Of a stretch of 64,000 nt of DNA, positions 38,652 to 52,331 are shown in pieces. The DNA is from Pavona decussata (lineage: Eukaryota): NCBI GenBank assembly GCA_977016875.1, contig CDRNST010000060.1, positions 2,046,001 to 2,110,000 of the forward strand. The letters are read 5' to 3'. Under the pieces are notes generated by a model that was given only the letters and a program-made list of their open reading frames with translations, was not told the origin of the DNA and made no database searches. The position numbers were made by a program, and so were the translations under genes. The first letter of the stretch is position 1. The number at the start of each line of letters is the position of its first letter.

Positions 38652-41600
38652 CTAAGGACATGCTTTTCTGTTGAGAAGGCGACGAAGTATTTTTCCACTG
38701 GGAGATTTTGGTATTTGGTCAACGAATTCCACCCCACCCCTCAGCTTTTTATGTGGTGAGACTTTCGTGGCCACGAATTCTTTGATTTCTTCTGCCGTCA
38801 CGTTTCCACGACGGACCACGAAAGCCTTCGGCAGCTCTCCGGCTTCAACATCGGGTACACCGACCACTGCCACGTCATCGACGTTCGGGTGAGTAATCAA
38901 TACCTCTTCGAGCTCGGCGGGAGGAACCTGGAAAGTAAGCACGAACAAATTACGAGCAATGCCAAAGAAAGATTTTGATGACAATGGGCTACTGTCCGGC
39001 CGGCTCCGTACAGCATAGCGTACTTGTGGCAATGGGCGAGGTGGAACTACGGTTGAGTCTGTGAAAATCAAAGGGTGTGACCACACAAATGACAGCAGAG
39101 GAGCATTTTCCTCAACAGATTCCTGTGGTATTGTTCATCTTCTTTGATTTCTTCTAAACGAAAACATTAGAAACTTTTTAATTTAGTTGCACTTTAGGTT
39201 ACGGTTAAGAGTATTTGATCAAAGAGGCAAATGTAAAATGGAAAGAGAAAAATATGTTTGGCTGGTTGTTACCTGAAATCCCTTATACTTGATAAGTTCT
39301 TTCAGTCGACCAACAATAAAAAAATATTCATCTTCGTCGTAGTGTGCGATGTCTCCTGTATGAAGCCAGCCTTCACTATCAATTGTCTGCGCGGTGGCTT
39401 CTGGGTTGTCTAAGTAACCTGAAAAACTGAATGCTGTTAATAGAATGTTTCCATCATATTCCATCAGCAAAAAGATTTTATTTTCGTGTTCTATAGGTAA
39501 CTCGGTAAACGTAAATTCGCCCCCAGAGTAAAACGTGAAGGTTTCCTTCGTAAGCTTCACTCCAACTCAGTAAAAAATGATTTCCCTGTGAGATAGTAGC
39601 TCTCTTTTTCTTTCTAAAATAGCTTCCTTAGAATCAGCTAAAGCGGTGACTTGTTTAATGTGGTTTTCTTGAGATGTTTTGGCGTTACTCCATAAAGTGA
39701 CAGCCAAACATCAGTTCATCTTCTTGGTCTTTTGTCTTTAACTCTTCTGTCTGTTAGCGTATAAAAGCTGACCCATTGCATAAAATAGAAAACGAAAGAC
39801 CGCACACGTAAAAATGGCGGGAAATTTGCGATCACGTGATTGGTTATTTTCGCCGTAAACATTATGTTTAACAAATAGATTCCATTTTGCCGTGCGTCTG
39901 TACTCTGATAACGCACGGATGACGTCAAAACGTGGTGAGAACAAAGAAGTACGCTACGAGCCGCAGGCGAGTGGCGTGACTGATGTTCTCACCACGTTTT
40001 GACGTCCTCTGTGCGTTATCAGAGTACAGACCCACGGCAAAATGGAATCTATTTGTTTTATACAATAACCAAGACATTTCAACACATTTCGAGCGAGCAT
40101 CGCGTTGACTGAGCTGAGTCAAAAACTTTCCAGCAAACTAAGTTTTAGACTACTACACACATGCAATTGTGATCTTCTAAATTAGAGTATAATCCGAAAG
40201 AATTTCACTAACAATATTTTCAAAACTAACCTTTATCCCAGAAGGAAATCCTGACCCCAAAATATTACAGCACGTAAGTCGCTTCGATTCACTGCGATTT
40301 GTAATCGATTACTCGCCATTACCGGATTTCTATCAGCGACATATTTCGACAAATATTTGTTTCCTTTTCACGTCACAACAAAGTTCTAGCTTTTTTGTCC
40401 TGGTTGAGATCACTCTCAACGGTCTTTGTCCAATTTTTTTTTTATTGGGCAGTTTTCCTTTCCTGCGAAAATTTGCCGTGTTTGTCAGCTACTCGCAAAA
40501 ACTTTGTTGACCAGTTACTCTGGCTGGACTCTAGACTCTGATCACGTGCTCCGGTCACACCACTCGATGACGTCAATCGTGCGTCTATACTCTAATCACA
40601 CACTCCTCTAGACCAATGAAAACGCGAGTTTTACACAGTTCATTGTATAATTCAGAGTAACATGCCAGATCACAAAGACTATCCTCCCTTCCCCTTATTC
40701 ATGAGTCCGGTGGTGGGAAGTCTCGAATGGACTGATGGCACTGTCATAAGCTCCTTTAAGTCCGATCTCAATCCCCTCCCTCTCCCCATCTCGTTTAATA
40801 GGGAGGTGTCCATGTTCGCCGAATTTTCTGACGTCATCTTTAATCACTAAATCCATTAAATTTGTAACTTTCCTAAAAGGAATTGTTCAGATAATGTTCA
40901 AATTTCAATGCTGAGCCCAGCTGCTATCCCTCGCGATTCCCACCTTGCAACCCTTCAGAATAGCTTATTCCCTCCCCAGCTCGTTCAATCTTGTACCCAG
41001 AGTCCTCAGGCTCTTTGGCCGGCGGTTGGTCTCCAGGAGAGACTCTGGAGAATTCAAAAAATTTAAATTTTTTTATTGGCTGCCTCGTAGCAGTTTGCAT
41101 TGTTTCACTGCAGAAATCCTGCGGTAATAAAATTCCAGTACCCCAGAGTCTCTCCTGGCGACCAACCGCTGGCCAAAGAGCCTGAGGACTCTGGGTACGA
41201 GATTGCAGCTCGTTTATGCACCTCTGTAATTCAAGCCATGGCTTTGAGTGAATAAGACCACCAGCCAGTATGAGTACTGTGGACTGTTTGCATTCCAAGG
41301 TGATTCAAAAGATCGATTGTATTCATTCTTCCATCTACGCATTTTCTTTCTCTCACCTTTCATTACTGTTGGTCCCCTTATACACATTTCTCCGCCTTCG
41401 TTTGGTCCCAGGGTTCTACCAGTATCAAGATCGATAATCTGTAAAGGAAGGAAAAACATCAAACGAAAGCAAACGATACGTAAACCCAGTGTTAGTTGTT
41501 AGAGCAGATCAGCAAAGGGGGGCTGGGATCTCAGTCAGTTATCAGTTAAATTTTCGGCCATTTCTTAGCTATCAGTTAAAATTTATATTTCTGGCCCTTT

Positions 41601-43314
41601 TTCTCAGCTATCAGTTCCCCGTTCTCGGTGATTGCACTTAAAGAAGGCAGCATTTCTCAGCCGACAGTTAAGAGTTTCGCTAATTCTTCCTATCCAATTC
41701 CAGTTGCTGTTTTCCACTGGATAAGATGCTATTCCATTGTAGATGAACTATATCATGCAGCTCACATTTTGTTACATAGAAACTGATACAGTGAAATATT
41801 GAGAAAACATTACTACAACCCTCTATTTGGCCTTTGTCAATACGGTATCTCAGGCACATATATGGGAAGGAGAGAGAAGTCAGCTTAAGCAGGGAACATG
41901 AAGCGCGATTAAGAGAAAGAAAGGGGAGATCATATCCGTTTCCCCTTCCTCTCTCCGCTTCTAATGTGCGTGTCATATAGGCTATTTCCATATACCTTAC
42001 ATTCCAAGTTTGGTAACAGAACACCTATAGAACCAAGAATATCTTTGCCATCAGGAGGACCTGGCACGTGGGAAGCTCCACTCAATTCTGTCATTCCAAA
42101 ACCTAGAGAAATTAACAAAGGAACAGCACGCAGCTTAATAATGGCAGAAGCACACCAAATGCGCGCATATGTGGTTGGAAGGCTTTTCGTTGTGATCGCG
42201 ACGTGAAAACCTAGAAGTATCGTCGGGACTATTCCTCGTGCTTTCCGACCTTGTTACAGTCAACTGCCTTTATTGCGGACACCCTCGGGACCGCGAGTTA
42301 GTGTCCTTAATAGCGAGAGTCCGTAATAGCGAGAATTTATTTCAGTCAAATGTCTGTACTCTATTTTTGCCGGGGATTTAGCTGCTGTCCGTATTATCGG
42401 GGTGTCCGTAATAGCGAGGTGTCCGCAAGGCGAGAGTTGACTGTATATATTTCGCTCCCGAAAGACACAAGATTGTCCTTGCTCGCGTGGGACTAATAAC
42501 TGACTCTTAACAGCCTGAAGTGTTTCCTTTCGGGGAAAGGGCGCGCAAGGAAGCGAGTGGAGCGCGAGGGATTTTCAGGTGACGTTAAAACTCTTTTAAA
42601 TGTCTTCCCGCCAATTGATTCATCCGCGCTGCTGGTATCATATATTGCTTCCTGCAAAACGTGCGGGAACATCTGCAACAGTTTTTCTTCATTTAGCCGG
42701 TCCTGACCTTGTCTAACGTTTCCCACGCTGGGTATCCTCTTAGCTACACCTGTAGCAAGCTCTTGAGGGAGAGGGGCAGCACCTGAGGAGATGGACTTGA
42801 GACTTGACAAGTCGAACTTGTCTACCAGCGGATGCTTGACCAAAAATAACACCAGGGGAGGGACCAGAGGANNNNNNNNNNNNNNNNNNNNNNNNNNNNN
42901 NNNNNNNNNNNNNNNNNNNNNNNNNNNNNNNNNNNNNNNNNNNNNNNNNNNNNNNNNNNNNNNNNNNNNNNNNNNNNNNNNNNNNNNNNNNNNNNNNNNN
43001 NNNNNNNNNNNNNNNNNNNNNNNNNNNNNNNNNNNNNNNNNNNNNNNNNNNNAAAAAGTCTGAGTCAAGATAACCTAAGGTAGCATCCCGCTTGACTGGC
43101 TTTGGTGATAAGCAGGAACAAAAAACAACAACAACTGGTGCTGTCAGGAGCCGTTTGGTGCTGTTCATGTGGTACTACAGTAAGCTGGGTACAGGAATCG
43201 ACGGTTTAACTTGTGCCTGGTATTGGAGGATTATGTCAGCGGACCTGGTGCACAAGTTTGTAAGGTTCAGGAGCTAGCTTGGACAAATGTAACTAAACGT
43301 TTATTATTTACTTA

Positions 43315-43378
<64 letters not shown>

Positions 43379-46273
43379 TTGCAGTGTAAAATGTAGGAAT
43401 GCTAATCATGAACCACACCACGGGGCGCACAGCGTAGCCTATGTGGCCTTAGAGGAGCTAAACTGCTCTATTAAAACTATTCCGTACTTAAAATTAATTA
43501 AATCTAACCCTAAATAACTTGGTGATAAATGTTGAAAAAAAAATACTAATAAATGAGAAATTATATAAATGGAAAGGCCTACTTCATTTATCGAATCAAA
43601 ACCACTCCCAAAACACGCGCCTAAAATGTCACTACTGGGTTCCAACGATTACTATTACTATCATCATTATTATTATCATCATTATCATTATCATAATCAT
43701 TATCATTATCATTATCATTATAATTATCATTATTATTATCATTATAATGATCATGATCATGATCATGATCATTATCATTATCATTATCATTATTGATTTG
43801 CTACTACGCACGAATTTAACGGTCACTTCACTGGCTCTTTCCGATTGTGCAAGCTTGTGATTCCATGTTCCCTGTCATTCCACTGAGTACAAGTGGACTC
43901 ATTTCTCTAGGATTTCAAGGGGTGGGGTGTCCTCTGAAATATGGCTTAAAGACTAGTTACGGGTTTCAAGGATCTGGAATGGAAAATGCTCTACCAAGTA
44001 TTCTGCGGCGTATTACCCCCTCTCTACCAAACCCCTCCATCCTTCCCGAAGTCACACCTCCCCTGACTGAGGCATACAATATCCCTCGGGTACCCTCTCT
44101 CCCAATTACACTGACCTTGTAGTCTTGAATAGCTCGAAGAAACGCGTTTGGCTCGAAGCGCGAGAGCAGGACAATCTTACTTCCAATATGCAGCCGTCCT
44201 GCCATTATTACTGTTAAGCCGTAAATGTGGTAGAGCGGTAACACACTTAGAACCCCTCCTGCGTCTCGCTCGGGTCGTGCATCATTTCCAAAGAGGACAC
44301 GTATTTGCGCTATCAGATTGTAGTGCGTCAGCATAACACCTTTAGAAACACCAGTCGTCCCACTTGAGAATGGCAAAGCCACTACATCCTTCTTTGGGTA
44401 GATTTTCACAAAGTCTAGATAGGTGGATGCGGCTCCGTCTTCGAATAGAAGAGAAGAAATTGACTCACAGTCTTCTGCTTGTCCAATCACAAACACGGAA
44501 CGCATTTCTTTCAACACGCCTGCACTGAAAGCCTTCTTCGCAAGCGAAGGAGTGGTAACAAGATATTTTGCACGGGAGAGTTTAAGGTAGCGAGCAAGGT
44601 CCTCGTGTGAAGACTTAGGGTTGACTGTCGTGATTATTCCACCTATGATCGCGGCGCCGAAGAAGATGATCGGATATTCTATGACATTTGGAAGATACAT
44701 GGCCATGACGTCACCCTGTTTAAAGCCTCTTCTGGCCAGGCCATAACTAAAACGGTATGTTTGGTCCTTAAGCTGACTGAAGGTGAAAAATCGCCCGGAC
44801 TCGGCGTCGATCTGTTATGGTAAAAAACGTTGAAAATAAAGACGATGATGATGATAATGATGATGGTGGCTTAAGAGTAAGTTTAGTGGAAATGACAAAG
44901 TTTTTTCAGTGGAAAAACAGAAACTTATTGTTTTTTCGTTGTTGTTGTTGTTGTTGTTGATGTTGTTTTTTTGTTCGTAATTTCATTAACTCAGTTTTGA
45001 ACAAAGGCAACACAAACCCAAACAACCCAAAAAGAATTGACCACGGCAAAAGGAACTCTCCATGTACATCTCATTCCGCATTTGGTTCGAATTAGGGCAC
45101 GAACTTTGTTTAACTCCTTCCTAAGAGGATTTTCCTAGATTTTCAGCGCGTTTAATTTACCAGTTTTTAAAGCATCAAACGAGGGGAAAATTGAACGCGT
45201 TTGTCAGTCTCTATGTACAGGAGTTAAATTTTCGTCTGGATAATGTTTGAAGTCCCTTCTCGGCCTTTTTCGTTGTAATTTCCAGTGTATTCATTGTAGT
45301 TTTTATAATTTCCACGTGCATTTCGTTCACGAAGGCTCGATTTCCTTAAGGTTTGAGTGCACTTCTGAGTCGTATACATTAACAATTGTAATGTTTGAAG
45401 ATGTCACGTAACCCAACTTCAGCCCATTTGCTTTGCAAAGAAATCGACGATCATTTGCAAGAAAGCATGAATTTCGAAACCTTTTGGTCGACTTTTAAAG
45501 TACTTGGAGTATTCTTACTCGTTTATTTTCATGCCAAACAATAAGAAACATCACTACTCTCTTAAGCCCACACTACCTCATTTGTCTTACATATTATCCG
45601 ATTTCATATCAAGACGACGGGAAACTTGCAGCTGAACTAGGCCTATACGGAATTCCGTCCGACAGAAACCCGTTTAATATGAATTTAAGACGGTTTTCCG
45701 CCGGTCTATTAAAGACGAGTATCTCCTCTGATTTTTCCGCCGTTTTAGAAGGGAAAATGTTTTTTTGTGACGGGAAACTCGTCCTACACCGAATTCAAAT
45801 CAGACGAGTGTTCCGTCTCCGAAGACGAATTCCTGTCTGAGTCCGTTCAGATATGAATAGGAAATTAAATAAACGTGAGCTTCTTTGCTCAAAAAGGCAC
45901 AAATTGTTCCGTTTTTTCGCCACAGCATGATATTATTGTTAAAAAGTATTCTGAACATAAGTACAATTCCTAATTTTTGGCATCATAGATGAAAGACGAT
46001 CTGTGTTAGACAAGAACTGAAAATATATAACGTGACCTCGTATGCAAAATTCAACAATAATCAATAACACGGTCCAGCTTTCATCAGACTATAAAATGTC
46101 GATATAGCTGGCACATTCAAATGTTGAGGTAAAACAAAGAACGAATTAAATTGTGTCTTACGTACAATAGCTTGTCTGTCTCCATACTCATCAAAGTTCT
46201 GGAAAATGAACTGAGTCAATGACAAATTGTCGGGGATGTTAATATCTGGCCATTTGCTTCGAATGGTACTCAT
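38652..46273 (-). CDS. 4CL/luciferase-like acyl-CoA synthetase copy D, about 529 aa; close paralog of C with no PTS1
   Basis: Exons 46273-46166, 44811-44116, ~42882-42708 (first ~11 nt in the N gap), 42102-41996, 41438-41357, 39418-39273, 38927-38652. All core motifs intact. Ends NRKACP*. Confidence 0.88.
39870..40057 (+). repeat. Long palindromic element with central CGAG-CC-GCA-GG-CGAG
   Basis: Arms AACAAATAGATTCCATTTTGCCGTG / CACGGCAAAATGGAATCTATTTGTT. Confidence 0.8.
40986..41205. mobile_element. MITE with a 9-bp TSD (Mutator-like), apparently recent
   Basis: TIR CAATCTTGTACCCAGAGTCCTCAGGCTCTTTGGCC / GGCCAAAGAGCCTGAGGACTCTGGGTACGAGATTG, flanked by CAGCTCGTT on both sides. Confidence 0.85.
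42257..42443. mobile_element. Tc1/mariner-type MITE (TA TSD); partial copy at 2831-2985
   Basis: ta|CAGTCAACT...AGTTGACTG|ta. Internal sequence is shared with 2831-2985. Confidence 0.8.
42872..43052. other. Assembly gap (N run) covering the acceptor of copy D exon 3
   Basis: Run of n. Confidence 1.
43315..43795. repeat. (ATT)n and (ATC/ATT)n microsatellites
   Basis: Visible at 43315-43377 and ~43650-43795. Confidence 0.95.
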
Positions 46274-47611
46274 GTTCTATTTAAAACTTGTGAGCTCTCT
46301 TGTAAAAGCGCAGTATCATTGCACGAGGTGACTACGTTGTTCAAGGAAAATTTGGAGCACTCTGATCTGAACATAAAAGAGATTGACTTGAACCGGGCTT
46401 GAGAAATTTACGAACAAACTGACTGCTTCCTGTATCCTCGCGTTGAATCATGGAACCGAAAGATCCGGGGACTCTTGTCACGTAAGATCACCGAATTTTA
46501 TGTCTCCGAAAGTCACGTTTCACTCACCAGCGGTCTTATAAAGAACAATAAACGAAAAACTTTGATATTCAGCAATTAAGATGAAGCTGAGAAGCTAGAA
46601 ACTAAGAGAGTGTCATAATAGACCTTAATAAAATGCCGCCATTGATTTTATGACTTCCGGTGAAAAAAAGCATCCCAAAATTTATTGTTCTGAATTTATG
46701 AGATTTTAGAAATATGCGTGGCATTCCTCTTCCTCGTGTGATTGGTCAGGGTATTTACTTTGCTTTGAGTGCGGTTTAATTTTCGACACTCTATTATAAA
46801 AATTATTTTTTGCCTTCCACCCAAGATAAGTGGGATATACAAACAAAATAAAAAGCGCGCGGAAGGATTTGATGCGAGTTGCTTTTTTGCCATTTTCTGG
46901 TGAAGTTTTCAGGTTGATTTCATAGGATGCTTTAGCTGACAATTTTAATTGCAGATAGTTTTAGAAATTAAATTTTATTCCCAAATTTACCAGTTGTTGT
47001 TGGTTTTAAGAAAATGCTAGCTGACCTTTTTTTTAGCATTTTTAACTACATATTTGAAAAGAAAGGAATTAGTTTTCCAGTGTTACGAAGTTTATATGAC
47101 CTGACATTTTGCCCGAACAACTGCAGATTTTTTTAACGACTCAATCCAGATTTTTCAGAGCCCAGTTGTTCGAAAGCCGATTAATATAACGTTAATCCAC
47201 GATTAAAAGTTAACCGAGCTTTTCATGTTTTCCAAGTCATAACTGAGGGACAAAAATCTTTTTTGAAGGACCTCTATTGATTAGGTCGTGTTTCCATCAC
47301 AATTCGATGACTTTCTTCCATGTCTGTGTAGAAGGGCGCCACTTTTATAAATCACCAGATAACAACTACAACAGCCGCCATTTTGAATCACGTTGTTTCT
47401 CGAAATAGTGGAGGAGACCTGGGGCCTAGAATGTGCCTTTGGCCCCTTTTTTAGAGCAAAATGTACACCATATGTGTAAGCGTGCCCATAGGCCCGGGGT
47501 GTCTTCAAGGGTCAAAGGGTTACGAATTAAAGTTCACGTTAACCCAGGTTTAGCTAAATCGGGCTTTGAACAACTCGGCCCACGTTATTAACGCCATGCG
47601 AACAGATATTA

Positions 47612-47819
47612 CAGTCGACTCCCGATAACTCGAACCTCCCGCTAAGTCGACTCCCGATAACTCGAACCTTCAAGGGAAATTGACATAGGTTCGAGTTATC
47701 GGGAGTTCGAGTTAGCGAGGGTAAAATTATCTAGAAAATGACCTGAAAGGAAAGGAAAATTAGTTCGAGTTAGCGGGAGGTTCGAGTTAGCGAGGGTTCG
47801 AGTTATCGGGAATCGACTG
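47612..47819. mobile_element. Tc1/mariner/pogo-type MITE (TA TSD)
   Basis: ta|CAGTCGACTCCCGATAACTCGAACC...GGTTCGAGTTATCGGGAATCGACTG|ta. Confidence 0.8.
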
Positions 47820-48387
47820 TATTATATCCGCCAATATTAACCGTCGGGTGCCTCAGACGTCTGTAGTCAGTTTCTGTGGCGCGGTAGCACCTGGCCTAAA
47901 ACAACGTTTTTACTGATTGTTTCTGGCTCTCACTCACACGGTACATTTTAACAAACCTCTTTATTGTTGAAAATAAACCGCGGTTACATTCATTACTTCA
48001 CAAAGTCCGTAGTACATCAAGCTCAGAGCAATAGATGATTATATGAAAATTGACTAGAACTGAACGAATCAACGTTTGTTACACTTAACCTGAACTGTCA
48101 ACTGTTAAGGGAGTAACAAGCTAAGGACATTTATACCGACTTTAGCAAGCAGAAACTACTTTATTCTACAATCAACTTCAACACTACAAAACTTGGTAAG
48201 AACTCACGAATTCTAAAACAAGATTTAACACAGCAGTAAACTGTGATCACTTCAAAAATCGTCGCCATAAGAATCACACAGTTCGCAGTTTTGTTCGCTT
48301 GTTTAAATCACACAGTTATTAAATCCTACGTTGTCATGTCCGGTGAATCAAAGCAAATCATGTTGAAACGTGGCACAGACTGCTGAC

Positions 48388-51300
48388 TTACTTAGCGCGG
48401 AGTTTTTCTAACTCCACCCGCATAGCTGAAACTACTCGATCCATGTGTTTTTCAGTATTGTAGATGTGAGGCGAGAATCGCATTCTGTTGCCCTTCTTGG
48501 TGGAAACGCCGATCTTGTGGTTTTCGTACAACCCGTTATACACCTGCTCGCTCAATGGTGGATTCACACTCGCATCCTCTGGCCACTTAATAACCATGAT
48601 TCCATGGAACAGGTCCTCCTCGGACGGCGTCTCGATCACGAATTTCTGCTCTTCCGGCAAAAAGCTAAGCAGGTTCTCCAGGTTTTTCCTCAGACGAGTC
48701 GAAAGCGCTTTGATCCTGTCTTCTATCTTATCATAGCCGATGAGGCCCATCACGTCGGCAGTGTACAACAGCCCGATGAGATTCGTGTCATTTCGCTGAC
48801 CCACCATCTCAAATCTGGAGGCATCTAATGGAAGTGGATCTGGTGGTGGCTGCATCTCTCCATTGTAGCCGATGTCTTTAGGTGCGAAGTTAGGGATGCG
48901 GTCTTCCTTCATGTACAAGATGCCAGTCTCCTTGGGCCCCAAAAACCACTTGTGGCTCCCGCCACTGTAACTATCACAGCCCATGTCCTTAAGGTCATGG
49001 TTGAGAGCGCCCCAGGATTGGGCCCCGTCAACATGGACATGGATGTTTGGGTGCTTTGAGTGAATGTCTTGGCACAGCATTTTGGCTGGGAGGCGAGTTC
49101 CACTCAAGTGCGAGATCTGACAAAGATAAAAGATGATCACAAAAGATTTTAGGGTATGAAACCACTAGAGGAAAACAACTTCTCTTACATTCTCTTAAAT
49201 GCTCCTGCAGCTGCTTAAATGAAATCGAAGCGATGCTTGCACAATTTACAAGGCAATCATATAGTTTTAGTCAGCGGATTTATGTGTTGCGCATGTGCAG
49301 TTGTTTGAAAATTCAACACCTGAAAATGTCGGAATCGAGTCATGAAAAGAAATTCCGGCCGAACGGTAAGTTTAGTACTGCCTGTTTTCGCCTGCCTGAT
49401 TCACAGATATATTGAATTTAGCAATTTTATTTTTACTTTACATAATATTTATGTACTCTTTGTTGCTTGTATAAAGAGGTTTTGGAAAGATTTCCCTTTC
49501 TTTTTCCCATAATTCTCATGACCTCAGGGGTTGAGCTTGATATTATAAGAAGAAATTTGATGCTGATCACTGTTAGGGTTAATTATTTATACGGTCTTCG
49601 TTCAACGTCTTTGGGATTACTACGCTTTATTCCTCGAAGTTTTATATATTTTTCAAAGAATAAATATCTTCGAAGACCTATAAAAAATTGTTATTATCCC
49701 GGGATTGTTATACAGCTCTGAGCGCCCCGACCCCGGAGCCTAGAACATAAAGTCTTCGTAGATATCATGCCATAATATATTTTCCTGTTAATGTTGAAAA
49801 TGAAAGGAAAGGCCATCTAAATTAAAATGAGAGCTGGCGGAATACAAAGAAACCAAACGACAGAGAAACGAAATAAAATTTTCTTTTCAAGTTGTGAGAG
49901 CATCGCCTTTCTGTCCCAGGCCCTGCTCTTTATCCCTCACCCCACCCCAACACCCGCCTGTAAAGAGCGGTGAAGACGTGATTAGATGTAACTGTTCAAG
50001 ACCGCATATTGCTTTCACTAGATTTGCAAATCTGAAATAGCCTGCTTGTGAAAAAGAATAATCCTGTCAATCGGTGGGCGGTTTTCGAAGCCATGCATCA
50101 ACCGATGAAACCCCAGATGATTTTACATCTCTGTAAGTCCTTGTCTAGACTGGTGTTGTTTTATTGACAATCCGGTTGCCTTAAAGTGGTTTAGTCTGAT
50201 GAAGGCTGCAAGTCTTTGTCCTTTGCAGTTAAATTTTGATCCCGAATCTTACCAGTATACACACTAAATTAAAACTAAAAAAATCCTATATTCAAAACAT
50301 TGCTGGTTTTTTCATGAACAATTATAGTAACCTATCTTTCATAACGCGTGATTAGCTTACCATTCATAAGATTGAATGCTAGTACTCGCCCACTACTTCA
50401 CTGAAAACAAAATAACGACCTATCGTGCGCTTTCGCCAGAAATTCTTGTGCATCCACCATGCGCCTGATATCATTAGGCTACACAGAGCGAGTTCCTTGA
50501 GAGTTTTGCCTTATTACTCGGGCCGTAAGGCGGCCCGAGTTAAGTTTTCGGTCGCGTTATCAAATTCTTTTTTTATTTTTTTAGGGTCACGATGGGCCGA
50601 GAGATAAAACTTCGGGCCACGAGTTAAGTTAATCATTGTTCAAGTCCGGATATTTACAGGTTTGGACACAAATGATCTAAAGTAGTCATTAAGGATTTCC
50701 GAGATAGTTCTCTCTGGGAAGACACAAATCACTAAAAATATTAAGACTTTAGTATTCATAGAGAGAAGTATCTCGGGAATTCTTCATGACTACTTTAACT
50801 CATTTCTGTCCAAACCTGTAGATATCCGGACTTGAAAAATGATGACGGAAAACGCTTGCAAAAGTTTGCGTTTTAATACAATGCCAGTGATCACCACAAG
50901 ATTTGATTGCTGTTAGCGTCATCATGACCCGGGGTCGGATGAACAGACGCGAAGAAGCTTAATCTGTTTATGTGTCTATTTTTAGTGTCTTTTGTGCATG
51001 ACAATTAAAATACCGTTTTTCCCTGTATTTCATTCTGACTGCACGAAATGCAATTCTATCTGGTGGTTACTTATTGCCTCACTATATCTCTGTATCTATC
51101 GATTTGGGGGAATTAACGATGCTGGAGGTTATCACTGCCAAAATATTATATTGTAAGCTTACTGACCACGCAGTCAAATGTGGCCCGAGTATAAGCTGAA
51201 AACTGCTTTTTGTTTCTGCGATTCCTTCCCTCGCCATATTTAGCAAAAGATTGTTTGATGGGATATTTGAAGTACTTCTACTTTCTGGCCAGAATTAGTC

Positions 51301-52331
51301 AATGAACAGCGAGTAAATGATGCAGTACGCGGAAAGTGATGAAGCGAAGTGGATTATTAAGAGACAGATGTTTGAGAACGTTGTCCACTGGTATTGGAAG
51401 GTGGCATTTTAGTTCGATTAAATGCATGTTAAAAGATCTTCAACATTAACATGACCAGTTTTCTCAAACTTCATGATTGTACTGATTATATTCACTGACA
51501 TGATATTTTTATCACTGACATGTGCCCCAAGTATTTAAAAGCGGCATTCTAGCTTCAAATTGCCAAGAAAATCCCAGCTGAACATTAGCCCAAAAAAGAA
51601 TATTCGTCGCTTTAGATAATCATTTGTGGTTGGCTGTTTTGATTTCTATGTCAACGTTGTAAATATAAGTAAAATTTAATATATTCGCTTACCTCACTAA
51701 ACGCAACCAATTTGGTGTTCTTGTTCACTTTTTCAAGGAACTTTTGCACAATTTTGAATTGATCCGTTTCGCCTTCAAGGTCCAGTACCTTGATATTGAT
51801 ATTTTTAAACCGCTGCTGTCTGATTTTCCAAGCTACCTCACCGCCAGTGGGATGGTTTTCGTTCCATACTAGGACTTCCTCTCCAGGAGCAAAATCCAGG
51901 CCATTGCTGATGACTGCATTGGGGTCTGAACCATTCCTCAGAAAAGCGACCAACTTTGGCTCCACGTTAAGTTGCTTGGCGATCAGCGCTCGGGCGAACT
52001 GGATGGTGTACACAAACGGCTTAATTCGCTTCTGGATGGAAATATCTCTGTTCCAATCCATCCCAATGCAGTTTAGAAAAACCTGCACTGGGTGGAAGAG
52101 GATCGACAAGTTTGCAGCGTTAATTGGGACGCAATCGGCGTAGTCATCATAAGCGAACAGGCTACGGACATAGTTCCACAACTCATCGTCCGGGATGGTC
52201 GATAAAGTGTTGATGATCTCTCCGAATGTTTTCTCAAAGGCGAGGAAGTTGTCACGTTCGATCAGCCCATGGCAGCGGTACCAGTGTGCGACTTTGAAGG
52301 TAGGGCGTTCCTGCAGAGTGAATTCGGCCAT
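48388..52331 (-). CDS. Class-V (fold type I) PLP-dependent enzyme, isopenicillin-N-epimerase/cysteine-lyase-like, 455 aa, two exons
   Basis: Exons 52331-51693 and 49116-48388, phase 0 (GAG|GTAAG...TGTCAG|ATC), Kozak-like gtcaccATGG. Motifs INAANL, RNGSD, ENHPT, HVDGAQSWG, GSHKWFLGPKETG (PLP lysine), MRFSPHIYNT. No NifS/SufS Cys loop. Confidence 0.88.
50510..51195. mobile_element. Non-autonomous element in the PLP-enzyme intron, with an internal ~210-bp hairpin at 50633-50842
   Basis: Ends TTA(T)TACTCGGGCC...GGCCCGAGTATAA. Internal arms TTCAAGTCCGGATATTTACAGGTTTGGACA / TGTCCAAACCTGTAGATATCCGGACTTGAA. Confidence 0.55.

Noticed and set aside
43211-43860. Poly-Ile, poly-His/Tyr and Met-Ile ORFs
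   Set aside because: Translations of ATT/ATC microsatellites.
26020-46273. C and D as an uncollapsed haplotype artefact (gap nearby)
   Set aside because: Their introns are largely unalignable and the coding regions differ by indels and many substitutions, consistent with real paralogs.
50190-50230. Hammerhead-like CTGATGAAGGC
   Set aside because: No GAAA, cleavage triplet or stem I downstream.
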